Shown here piece by piece: positions 52,400-64,000 of a DNA stretch of 64,000 nt. Location of the stretch: NCBI RefSeq assembly GCF_006345805.1, contig NC_043009.1:40176001-40240000 (forward strand), read 5' to 3'. Below the pieces are notes generated by a model. That model saw only the letters and a list, made by a program, of their open reading frames with translations, made no database searches and had not been told where the DNA came from. The position numbers and the translations under genes are program-made. Every line of letters begins with the position of its first letter. The stretch's first letter is position 1. The stretch comes from Octopus sinensis. Taxonomy: Eukaryota.

Positions 52400-52924
52400 A
52401 TACCTGTACATATGTATGTTGATATATATATATATATATATATATACGCACATATACACATACACCCGCATATATATTACACACACAGACACACACATAC
52501 ATATATACAAATATATAATTATAGTAATTTCGGTTTGTATTGGAAGCATGATTAATATTCAGTCTTATTCGCTATGATTAAAATCTATTAATTTAAATTT
52601 AATTATATATATTTAAAACAATTGATTTCTTACAATGACGCAAGGCCACTGAAACCAGATAGTAAATCCGATTGAATCATCCTCAGTGAATGACAATGTA
52701 ATGGCGGTGTATGACACTTTATCAGTGCCTTTTCAACAACAAAGTCGCGTCAAAAGGATCTGAAAGATGGGCGCAAAACAGTTCCCTCTCAAAGTATAGA
52801 CACTCTGGGTCGCTGTCCGGGTGTTTGTCGCGTGTAGGCACCCTAATGCACGTTCTATGTATACTGTTACTGCATATATAAGTAGGAACCCCAGAGCATT
52901 GCTTAATCCCGGGGCCTATATTGC

Positions 52925-53030
52925 AGTCAAGACGGCTTGGTGTAGATGTTTGTTCCTTCTCGAGCCATGCCTGGCTCATAAGGGCCGGTTTCCCGGTTTC
53001 CTTGGCGTATAGGTTCCCCACCTAAACGGG
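52925..53030 (-). mobile_element. 3' tail of another SINE/LINE-like repeat
   Basis: - strand ggaacctatacgccaaggaaaccgggaaaccggcccttatgagccaggcatggctcgagaagg followed by (aac)-type tail. Confidence 0.45.
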
Positions 53031-53034
53031 GATG

Positions 53035-53290
53035 CTACTAACCCCAAGATTCTGAGTTCGATTCCAGACTGTGACCTCAATAATAATAATAATAATAATA
53101 ACAACATCGAAAAATACCTTAGGAATGAGAACCCAGGTTCGAAATTTCCCCATGAGACCTAATGATGGCTGGATAGTATATCAGCCAAAACTTTGTGTTA
53201 ACAACAAACAAGATGAGGACAAATATCCGTTAAATGTAAATAATATAAATAGTGTACATAATTCCTCATCTCTCAAGTATAGAACTGTAT
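53035..53290 (+). mobile_element. Chimeric element: tRNA-like 3' half + (AAT)n + decayed hammerhead module
   Basis: B-box-like gagttcgattcc (53054-53065), (AAT)n 53079-53101, then ctaatga-t-ggctg-gatagtatat-cagcc-aaaac (53159-53191). Confidence 0.55.
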
Positions 53291-53394
53291 ACTCACACAT
53301 ATCATCACACAGAATATTAGGTATTCTATTTCAAAATATGAAGGAATATCGATTTCAACTTTTGGCACAAGGCAAGCAAATTTTTAGGTGGGAT

Positions 53395-53930
53395 AGAATC
53401 AATTATATCGACCCCAGCACTCAACTAGTACTTATTTTATCGACCGCGGAAGGAGGAAAAGCAGAGCCGACCACAACAGAATTTGGAATCAGAGCGTGCA
53501 GATGGACGAAATACCTATTTCTTTACTACCCACAAGGGGCTAAACACAGAGAGGACAAACAAGGACAGACAAACGGATTAAGTCGATTATATCGACACTA
53601 GTGCGTAACTGGAACTTATTTAATCGACCCCAAAAGGATGAAAGGCAAGGTCGACCTCAGCGGAAGTTGAACTCAGAACGTAGCGGCAAACGAAATACCT
53701 ATTTCTTTACTACCCACAAGGGACTAAACACAGAGAGGACAAACAAGGACAGACAAACGAATTAAGTCGATTTATCGCCCTCAGTGCTTAACTGGTACTT
53801 ATTTATCGACCCCGAAAAGATGAAAGGCAAAGTCGACCTCGGCGGAATTTGAACTCAGAACATAACGACAGATGAAATACGGCTACGCATTTCGTCCGGC
53901 GTGCTAACGATTCTGCCAGCTCGCCGCCTT
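53395..53930 (-). mobile_element. Three SINE family B copies joined head-to-tail at an identical GAAATAC junction
   Basis: gaaatac|ctatttcttt at 53508 and 53692; the third copy retains its full head up to 53930. Confidence 0.9.
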
Positions 53931-54809
53931 AAAGGAATATTATATTTTTTAAGTTAGTGACTTGGCTGAATCTTTAAAATGGTGGACAAAATATGTTGGA
54001 GAATTCCTTCCAATTCTTTGCGTCAATCTCAGTTCCCGCTGGTTTCAATTCTGCCTTTTATCCATCCAGGGTTGATAAAATAATGCACCAATTAACTACT
54101 GGGTTTGGTAGCATCGACTATCCCCAATTCCCTGAAAATTGTTGACCTTGTTCTTAAATTAGAAACCAGTATCGCTTCCCTTACAGTTGTACGTCGAATA
54201 TATTAAATCAACTTGGAAGAAAAAGAGTGCAAAATACAAATTGAAGAAAATCATTTTCATCGGTCGCACGCACGCTCATCATTGCTAATCTTCGATCTAT
54301 GGTGACTATCAATATCTATTAATCGTGATGCCACGATATTTTTAAAGATAATCTCGCCAACATTGATTAGATTCATTCCTAGTTGTGTAAAGATATAAAT
54401 CTAACAAGTCTTTCTTAACTTATTTCTGTTTTGTTTTGGAGTTTTATTTCGTCAGCAGAAGATTAAAATCAGCAGCTGTTTGAGTTGTTAGTGCCAGTAG
54501 AAAGAGGTTCAACGATGTTGCAGTGTTCTATTAGCAGAAGCATTTAACCCTCAGTGTACCACTCTATCTACTTGCAAATAAGGAATTATAAATGCTACAA
54601 TAACTTTACATACAATACATTACTACCGACTGTTTCATTATCTGTAGAGTGTTTTAATTACCTGATATAGTTTATTAACGAAGAAGCTTTTCAATAAATC
54701 TCGCTTGAAGTTTCCTTTAAGCTACACGGTGGAGCTTTCAGTGTACTGCTACTGCGCGGAACAAAGAGTTACCGAGTTTAATTTACAAATATGTCTATCT
54801 TTCTGTTAT

Positions 54810-55030
54810 CTTTTATTGGTTTCGGGTATTTGATTGAGGCCATGCTGGGGCATTGCCTGAAAGGGCTTTAGTAGAAAAAATCGACTCCAGTAATTATATT
54901 TTAACTCTGTACATCGGCCTGCTCTTTTGTCAAACAGCTAACATACGGGAACGTAAACAAACCAGTCCCGATTGTCAAGCGGTGTGAAGAGACAAACGCA
55001 AATATACACAAAGACACACGAAGACACACA
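54810..55030 (-). mobile_element. SINE family A 3' half, diverged
   Basis: Tail and ttgtcaagcggtg motifs. Confidence 0.75.
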
Positions 55031-55044
55031 AAGACACACAAAGA

Positions 55045-55091
<47 letters not shown>

Positions 55092-55139
55092 AACCCCTCC
55101 TCGACATTACTGGTCATGTGATACAATTATTATTATTAT

Positions 55140-55850
55140 TATTGAGAGAGCAGTGCATGCCATCAAAGTGACACTGGGGTAAAATATACGAAGCCCAGTA
55201 TACCCATCATGACTACCCGTCTGATAAGGGTACACCAGGCTCATGCATCACAACCATATGTGTTCGACATGGTGATCTCGTATCAAGATAAACAGCACTT
55301 GACCTTGCAGGTGGGGCCCAGTTAGAATTTTCTTCTGGTCGAGTAGCTCAGCCAGCTCAAAACGTCCCTGAATAAGGATTGTTTAAGGATTTATCATAAT
55401 TATTATTATTATTATTATTATGTGAGAGAGCAGTTCATGCCATCAAAGTGACACTGGGGTAAAATATACGAAGCCCAATATACCCATCATGACTACCCGT
55501 CTGATAAAGGTACACCAGGCACATGCATCACAACCATATATGCGCGACATGGTGATCTCATATCAAGATAAACAGCACATGACCTTGCAGGTGGGGCCCA
55601 GTTTGAATTTTCTTCAGGTTGAGTAGCCCATCCCGCTCAAACGGTCCCCGAATAAGGGTTGTTTAAGGATGTTGAAAGAACCACCCATGTTTCCAGAGGT
55701 GAACTATTCAAACCCCAAAGCATCCCTCTCAACACATGGCTATGATGCTCCCCCACTACTTCTGCTCGTGATCAGAGATGCACATATCGTCAGCCACTAA
55801 GGGACATGCTCAACTGGTTAAGGTCAAACAACTGACAAGCAAATCTGTGG

Positions 55851-55890
<40 letters not shown>

Positions 55891-56468
55891 CATTATTATT
55901 ATTATTATTATTATTGAGTGAAAGAGCAGTTCATGCCATCAAAGTGACACTGGGGTAAAATATACGAAGCCCAATATACCCATCATGACTACCCGTCTGA
56001 TAAGGGTACACCAGGCACATGCATCACAACCAAATGTGTGCGACATAGTGATCTCATATCAAGATAAACAGCACATGACCTTGCAGGTGGGGCCCAGTTA
56101 GAATTTTCTTCAGGTTGAGTAGCCCATCCCGCTCAAACGGTCCCTGAATAAGGGTTGTTTAAGGATGTTGAAAAAACCAGCCATGTTTCCAGAGGTGAAT
56201 TATTCAAACCCAAAGAATCCCTCTCAACACATGGCTATGATGCTCCCCCACTACTTCTGCTCGTGATCAGAGATGCACATATCATCAGTCACTAAGGGAC
56301 ATGCTCAACTGGTTAAGGTTAAACAACTGACAAGCAAATCTGTGGTATTGAGCAGAATATTTGCTGTAGCCCATCTTTTATACCAAGACAAAACAATGTA
56401 CATGATAACACTTCCAATCAGTTAAGATCAGAAGCCATGAGAGCCACTGCCTGGTACTGCATCAGGGC

Positions 56469-56511
<43 letters not shown>

Positions 56512-57120
56512 GAGTGAGAGAGCAGTTCATGCCATCAAAGTGACACTGGGGTAAAATATACGAAGCCCAATATACCCATCATGACTACCCGTCTGATAAA
56601 GGCACACCAGGCACATGCATCACAACCATATGTGCGCGACATGGTGATCTCATATCAAGATAAACAGCACATGACCTTGCAGGTGGGGCCCAGTTAGAAT
56701 TTTCTTTAGGTTGAGTAGCCCATCCCGCTCAAACGGTCCCTGAATAAGGTTTGTTTAAGGATGTTGAAAGAACCACCCATGTTTCCAGAGGTGAATTATT
56801 CAAACCCCAAAGAATCCCTCTCAACACATGGCTATGATGCTCCCCCACTACTTCTGCTCGTGATCAGAGATGCACATATCGTCAGCCACTAAGGGACATG
56901 CTCAACTGGTTAAGGTTAAACAACTGACAAGCAAATCTGTGGTATTGAGCAGAATATTTGCTGTAGCCCATCTTTTATACCAAGACAAAACAATGTACAT
57001 GATAACACTTCCAATCAGTTAAGATCAGAAGCCATGAGAGCCACTGCCTGGTACTGCATCAGGGCATTTATACTGCATCTTATTATTATTATTATTATTA
57101 TCATTATTATTATATTATTA

Positions 57121-57180
<60 letters not shown>
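55140..57180. mobile_element. Four copies of a ~560-bp non-coding interspersed element, each bounded by (ATT)n
   Basis: Copies at ~55142-55390, 55423-55855, 55917-56471 and 56512-57070; all share the left end gagagcagttcatgccatcaaag; copies 3 and 4 share the right end ..gtactgcatcagggcattta. Confidence 0.9.
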
Positions 57181-57183
<3 letters not shown>

Positions 57184-57400
57184 GGCGGCGAACTGGCATA
57201 ATCGTTAGCACGCTGGGCAAAATGCTTAGCGGCATTTAGTCGTGACTTTAAATTCCACCGAGGAGTCGACTTGTAACTCTTCATCTTTTCGGAGCCTACG
57301 AAAATAAGAACCAGTTCTGTGTTTGAATCAGTGTAATCGACTTCCTCACACCGCACAAAAACATCAGTCCTTGTTCTTATATTAGAAAGAATTGTCGCTA
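57181..57400 (+). mobile_element. SINE family B, diverged
   Basis: Head taaggcggcgaactggcataatcgttagcacgctgggcaaaatgc. Confidence 0.8.
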
Positions 57401-57650
57401 TTATATCTCTGCTCGAGATATTTCTCTCCATATGTAAAAGAATCAAGATGGTTAAGTTCTCCGTCACAGTTTACCACCGTCGATTATTCTTCAAAGGCTA
57501 CTCTAATGATGTTTCGTCTAGAGTTTATATACTAGTTCTTTTGTGTAGTTTCATCCTCAGAAGAACAAATCAAAAATAACGTTCATAGTGTGATGACGGG
57601 AAGCGAGTAGAGTGACGTACGTACACATGCGCTTGGTTACATATACATGC

Positions 57651-57706
<56 letters not shown>

Positions 57707-57761
57707 ATATGTGTGTGTATAAACACATATATATATAGAGAGAGATAGAGAGAGAGAGAGA

Positions 57762-57895
57762 CGTAGGAGTGGCTGTGTGGTAAGTAGGTTCAGTCCCACT
57801 GCGTAGCATCATGGGCAAGTATCTTCTACTATAGCTTCGGGCCGACGAAAGCCTTGTGAGTGGGTTTCGTAGACGGAAACTGAAAGAAGCTCGTC

Positions 57896-57945
<50 letters not shown>

Positions 57946-57948
57946 ATA

Positions 57949-57984
<36 letters not shown>

Positions 57985-58141
57985 TGTATGCGCGTGTATA
58001 TGTTTGTGTTTACGTCCCCATAACTTAGCGGTTCGGCATAAGTACTTAGGCTTACAAAGAATAAGTCCTAGGTTCGATTTGCTCGACTAAAGGCGGTGCT
58101 CCAGCATGGCCACAGTCAAATGACTGAAACAAGTAAAAGAG
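57762..58141 (+). mobile_element. SINE family A with internal deletions
   Basis: Head, body, expanded microsatellite and tail. Confidence 0.9.
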
Positions 58142-59039
58142 CATATGGATGTATGTATGTATGTATGTATGTACGTATGTATGTATGTATGTATGTATGT
58201 ATGTATGTATGTATGTATGTATGTATCTGTATATGTAGGTATATACATATGTGTTCATACATAATGAAGAAAACTACCGATAGCCGGGCAACGCACAAGA
58301 CAAAGACAAAGAGTTTTGACTTGTCATCGAGGTACTTGCCAGGGACGACCGCCATCACAGCAGTAACAACAGGCACACAACAAACAACAGCAGCAAAAAC
58401 GAGTAAAATCTACAATCATAAAGCAAAATTCAAAACCAGAATAACTTACCAAGCACAGCAACAAAAAAAAAAAAAACAACAAAAGTAAATGAATAAATAA
58501 AATAACAACAACAACAACAGATAAACCGGCAGCTGCAGCAACAAAACAGAAAAAAGGCGCAGACACACAGACACACAAACAAGCTTGGCAAGCAAATTCA
58601 AAACAAAGAACAAACAAAACAAGAAGACCAACAATAACAAACAAGTGTAGCGACAACGACAATACCACCACCATCACCACCACCAACAACAACAACAATA
58701 ATAACAACAACAACAACAACAACAGCAATAAACACAAAGCCACCTTCCCAAACTTCAGTGTTGTATGAAAAAATAAACAGTGAGTTGAAGGAGTACAACA
58801 TTAGAAAAGGATACGGCGACAACAAAATGTACAGAAAGATGGAGCTCATCCTGTACACACACCGGGAGATAGGTTTCTGGTGAATGCATTAGCAAGATAT
58901 ATCTTACGAGCAACAAACGACACCGACATAGACACAAGGGACTTCAAGAACAACAGTGACAATAACAGCAGCTGCAGCAGCAGTAACAACAACAACAACA
59001 ACAACAACAAAGTCCCTACGCCTTCGCTGTAGCACGAAC

Positions 59040-59072
<33 letters not shown>

Positions 59073-59085
59073 ATATATGTGTGTG

Positions 59086-59130
<45 letters not shown>

Positions 59131-59132
59131 AT

Positions 59133-59164
<32 letters not shown>

Positions 59165-59192
59165 TATATATATGTATGTATATATACACATA

Positions 59193-59224
<32 letters not shown>

Positions 59225-59229
59225 CATAA

Positions 59230-60000
59230 TAAAAACAGATGGTGTGGGAATTTTCCTGAAAATGGTTGTCAAGAAATTTTTGGAAGGGCTTTTTAAGAAT
59301 CTCTTCCTCATTGCAAAATAAACCGATTTACCTTATTTTCAAGTTCAAGGGAAAACCACGTCTTCTTGCCATCTAATTCCTCAATACAAAAGGTTGTTTT
59401 TATAAATCCACATACCCTTGCATCGAGCAGGAAGCAAAGATACTTGACAAGTGCATTCAGTTTATTAAATATTGATGAGACAAGGATTTCTAACATGAAG
59501 TAAACAACGAGACCAGGATTACTAGCATGGAGTCAGTAACGCTTCTTCTTCATGATTACCTTTAAATAAATCGGGATTGAGGCAGGTGGTTGTGTTGTTT
59601 TAGAAAGGCTGAAATCTCAAAGTGTAAATCTTTCTGGACTCGTATGTTCTGGACGTGGACACCAACCGTGGCATCACCAGAATTGTGTGCATATATGACA
59701 CATTTATGACTGCCGAGTTTCTTCAGTTCTCTAAAATCATCCTATGGAATATCTCATTTGTTAGGCGTAGTAGGTGAATAGAATAGCATGTTAAAAGCAT
59801 GTTAGGATTATGTTGAAGTGTCAATTAGGAGAGGTATATAAGAGCACGACAACCCTGTTCAAGCACCAACTTTCCTGGTAGGCACTGACTGAAAGGTTTG
59901 GAATGCCATTGTGGACTTGGAGAAACCACACCAGGCCATCCAAATAATGTTTTGATAAAGAATTTGTCATATCAGCAGATATTGATAGCGTAGAGTCTTC
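59230..60000 (+). pseudogene. Possible very degenerate LTR-retrotransposon (Gypsy-like) pol remnant
   Basis: Weak colinear fragments CFRKAEISKCKSF, SHLLGVVG and CFDKEFVISAD recall the RT thumb to RNase H connection; many stops. Confidence 0.3.
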
Positions 60001-60117
60001 ACAATTTCGGATCGTCTTTTATATTGATCACATTTTTGTGATTTGCACCAACATAAATGGAGCGTAAAGACAGTGACCCAACTAAGGAAGGTGAATACGT
60101 TGTAAGCGATGTGAACA

Positions 60118-60320
60118 CGGCGGCCAGATTAGTAGATTTGGGCAGGGTGGATTGGCAGAATCGTTGGTGTCGGACAAAATGCCACGCGGTATCTATGCCA
60201 GGTTTTGACGTTTTGAGTTCAAATCTCACCATGGACAAATTTGCCTTTCGACCTTTCGAGGTCGATTAAATTAAAGCATTTGTTAAGAGCTGGGGTCGAC
60301 GAAGCTCTCTTCTCTGAGAA
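60118..60320 (+). mobile_element. SINE family B, diverged
   Basis: ggattggcagaatcgttgg..ttttgagttcaaat..tttgcctttcgacctttcgaggtcgattaaatt. Confidence 0.75.
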
Positions 60321-60579
60321 AAAATCCGCATCTTATGAATAAGAACAAATGTCGTCTAAGAACATCTGAGGGTCTAAACGATATCAAATTCACAGCCATT
60401 CGGCAAAATTACAAAATCTTAATAAAACTGTCATACAATATTCACAGGAAATATTGGTTATTCCTTGGCTACACCTTGGTGGAACAATTATCGACTGTTA
60501 TAGTTTATATTATGCTAATCTTCACTATCCTTTGCATCGATATTGTTCTACAATCCTTTTTCGGCCCTTGTGACCAATA

Positions 60580-60712
60580 ATAATAACAATACTAACTATA
60601 ACTGATAATGATAATAATAATAATGATGATAATAATAATATTAGTTATAATAATAATGATAATGATGATCATTATTATTATTATTATTATTATTATCATT
60701 ATTATTATTACT

Positions 60713-60744
<32 letters not shown>

Positions 60745-60797
60745 TATTATTATTATTATTATTACTATTATTATTATCATCATCATCATTATTATTA

Positions 60798-60863
<66 letters not shown>

Positions 60864-60871
60864 CATCATCA

Positions 60872-60952
<81 letters not shown>
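60580..60952. repeat. (AAT)n switching to (ATT)n/(CAT)n microsatellite
   Basis: Direct reading. Confidence 0.97.
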
Positions 60953-60954
<2 letters not shown>

Positions 60955-61435
60955 CATTCGTTGTATGTGTTCCTGAGTTTGATAGTCTACTATCGAAATT
61001 CAAATATTGAACCAAAGGTTGATTAGTTAAAACCAGACGTCATGTCCAGATTGCGAAAGAGAAAAAAAAATTGCTGACGTAAACAGCTTCCAGCAGGACT
61101 ATCGGATTGATTTCTGAAAATAAATTTGTTGATCACCATCTAACAAAATAAAATTTTCAAATGATTACCGAGTTATTTGGTGTTGAATCTAAAGTAACTT
61201 GTACCGTAATCATTCACATATTAAAATTGTTCTTCCTGCTCGACATTTTAAAATTTATATTTTAGTTTTTATTAACCCAGACAGGAATTGAGTTCCACGC
61301 TGCGAGTTAATGAAACGTTAATTAATTATATAGTGTTCCCGCCACCTACTGCATCGAACTACATTTCTTTCTATTTAATAAAGAAAAAGAAGAAAAGAAA
61401 AAGAAGAATTGGCATTGCAAATGGTTTTAATCTTA

Positions 61436-61600
61436 TGTATCATGGTTGTGTGCTTAGATAGTTCGTTTCGCAATCACGAGGTTTCACGTTCATTTCCACT
61501 TAGCGGCATTTGAGCAAATGTCTTCCGTTAATGCCCCGGGCGCGGCCGAAGCCTTTTGGGTGCATTTTGTTGGCGGCAACTGTGAAGAAGTCCGTCGTAC
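61436..61600 (+). mobile_element. SINE family A-like 5' half, diverged
   Basis: tRNA-like head and ..aactgtgaagaagtccgtcg before (TACA)n. Confidence 0.7.
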
Positions 61601-61671
<71 letters not shown>

Positions 61672-62544
61672 CATAAATACATAATGCATTCATATATATA
61701 TTTATACGCGTGTAGTGATTGGTCCGTTTTCACAAGTAATTGCCGCTTCTTTGTTCATCCATATAAACAATGGCATTTCTGACTTTTCGTCTATGACCCT
61801 TCAGATGATTATTCACTCCCGCTGCAGATTTGCATGGTTTGAAGGTACAGACAAGAGATGTAACTTTGTCAGAGAGGAAGACACAACGAAACTATCAGGT
61901 TAAGACTCCTGCTGCCCATGTGAAATTTATAACTGTGCACTTCCAACCGGTTAGGTCTACAAATATCATTCCTATATCACCATAGGACTACAGCAAATGA
62001 TGTCACCATAAAGAGCATGTCATTGGGTTATAATGATAAAAGCTGGTACAGCTCTAGTACCACCCTCTGAATCTCCCTCATTAGTACCTAGTGACAGATC
62101 GAAAGGGGATGATCAGTAAACACTTGAAACCGATGGTTAAAAATCAGTGTCCGTCTCCTAGAAGGATGCTGTGACAACGGCCAGGTGTCCTTCATTCTCG
62201 AGGTTTTTTAGTTGTTGGATGGCCAACAGAGTTTGTTTTTCGTCTTCTACGGTGTCCAGCAAAAACCATCTTCCTTGCCATGTAGGCTCTGCGAGGTTGC
62301 CGGTTTAGTAAACAATAACCTGATCATCCGACAGGTTGAACTACTATACTGTTACCAGTATAGTAAGAGTAATGACTTTCATATGTGTGTGTGTGAATAT
62401 ATATATATACACGTACATACATGTAGATAAGCATGTATGTATATGTGTATGTATGTATGGGTGTACGAATATATGTACACATATGTGTGTATATATGCAT
62501 ATTTATATGTGTGGGTGTGTGTGTCTGTTTATGTCTTTGTGTTT

Positions 62545-62735
62545 GTAACTCCTCACAGTTTGACAACCGGGGTTAGTTTGTTTACTTTCTTGTAACTAAG
62601 TGCTTTAGCAAAAGACACCGACACAATAAGTACCAGACCTAAAAGTAAAACCGCTGGGGTCGATTTGTTCTTTTAACTTTACAAGGCGACATCCTGGATG
62701 GCCACCACAGTCCAACGATTTAAACATATAAGAAA
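62545..62735 (+). mobile_element. SINE family A 3' half, diverged
   Basis: tttgacaaccgg..aataagtaccagacc..ggggtcgatttg. Confidence 0.7.
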
Positions 62736-63065
62736 ATAAATCTCTGTTGGCAGGACCCGACACCACTTGAGGGAGGAAAAATATTGCTTTTATTGTTATT
62801 GTTATTGTTATTGTTATTGTTAGTATCGCTGTTGCTTAATGGTGGTGGTGTTGGTGGTGGTTGGTGGTGATGATAATGATGGTGATGTAGCTGATGTTGT
62901 TGTGGTTGCTTCACGTGGTTATAACTCCACTTTAAATGTCATACGTTAAATGAAGCAAGAAGATTTAAAGTCAAAAATAATCCACACAAGAATATTTGCG
63001 TCAGTATATATTAGTCTGTAAGTTATTTACGCATCCAGATACGCAAAAACATACATATATTCAAG

Positions 63066-63096
<31 letters not shown>

Positions 63097-64000
63097 ATGT
63101 GTGTGTAAGTGTGAGTGTTTGTGTGTAATATATGTGCATATATACGTATATATATGTATATATGTATGTCTATCGTATACATTTACATGTATGTATGTAT
63201 ATATTTTTGTATGTGTGGGTATATGTGTGTGTGTTTGTGGGTGTATATGTGTGTGCGTATATATGAGCCTCTATGTATATATATATGTGTGTGTGTGTAT
63301 AATATATATGCATATATAAGTATATATATATATATATTTATGTATGTATGTATATCGGATACATGTACATGTATGTATGTATATATGTATGTATGTGTGG
63401 CTGTATGTGTGTGTGCGTATATATGAGCTTCTATGTGTATATATGTTGTGTGTGTGTGTGTTTGCGTGTACGTGTCTTGATGAATGTGTAAGGCTATCAA
63501 GATTGCCAGAGGAAAGATGATACAGTAAAAACAAAAAAAAAACAGAAAATAAAAATACATACAAAGAGAAAAAATTTGTAGAAGATACCCTTCTGCATGC
63601 AGGTATAGTGTTCTTGGTTTGAGGATAAAATATAAGTGCTTGAGATGATGAGTTTGAGGATATCGTCTAGCTGAAGCATCTGTAAATATCAAACTGAAAC
63701 CAAAGAAAAACTACCCATTTTATTGAACTGGCGCGCGCGCACACACACACACACACACTCATACACGCACATACAGATGTATGTGCTCATTCATACTATG
63801 TTACACAAGCATACGGACGCCTACGTACATATATATATATGTATATCTTTATATCTGTGTATATGTATGTACGTGTGTGATGTGTGTGTATCTATGCATG
63901 TATGTATGCGTGTATGGCCGTATATGTAGCAGCATATTTATATACGCATGTTTGTATATGTGCATTCAAGTATATACGTATGTATGTATGTATGTATGTA

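Noticed and set aside
56840-56895. - strand CUGACGA...GAAG in the (AAT)n-embedded element as a hammerhead
   Set aside because: A15.1 is missing, and stems I and III cannot be formed in the correct register
55140-57070. Repeat-spacer appearance suggesting a CRISPR-like array
   Set aside because: Units are 250-560 bp separated by simple (ATT)n rather than unique spacers; eukaryotic context with no cas genes
57495-57560. - strand CUGAGGA...CGAAAC
   Set aside because: No valid stem II closing pair or stem I; at best a heavily eroded motif
58740-58885. Short coding-looking frame SVLYEKINSELKEYNIRKGYGDNKMYRKMEL..
   Set aside because: Under 50 codons, embedded in (CAA)n low-complexity DNA, with no recognised family or convincing splice context

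Overview
Repeat-saturated, AT-rich eukaryotic non-coding DNA (intergenic or one very large intron) with one 100-N scaffold gap at 26173-26272. The repeat families look like those of a coleoid cephalopod, most likely Octopus; this is recognition from memory, not a database result. No host protein-coding gene, rRNA, tRNA gene or CRISPR array could be supported, and almost every ORF in the supplied track is translated microsatellite. The window holds many tRNA-derived SINE copies from at least three families, decayed DNA transposons (mariner, Tc1/maT-like, Tigger/pogo, hAT, Merlin-like and Helentron-like MITEs), and LINE fragments (RTE, an R4/Dong-like REL domain, a Penelope-like GIY-YIG domain). 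The least-explained signal is five unrelated hammerhead-ribozyme (HHR) motifs. One lies inside a 480-bp unit with a 102-bp terminal redundancy (27661-28242), and one lies at the apex of a ~360-bp foldback element (32189-32549). A separate ~560-bp non-coding element is stacked four times inside (AAT)n tracts (55140-57180).
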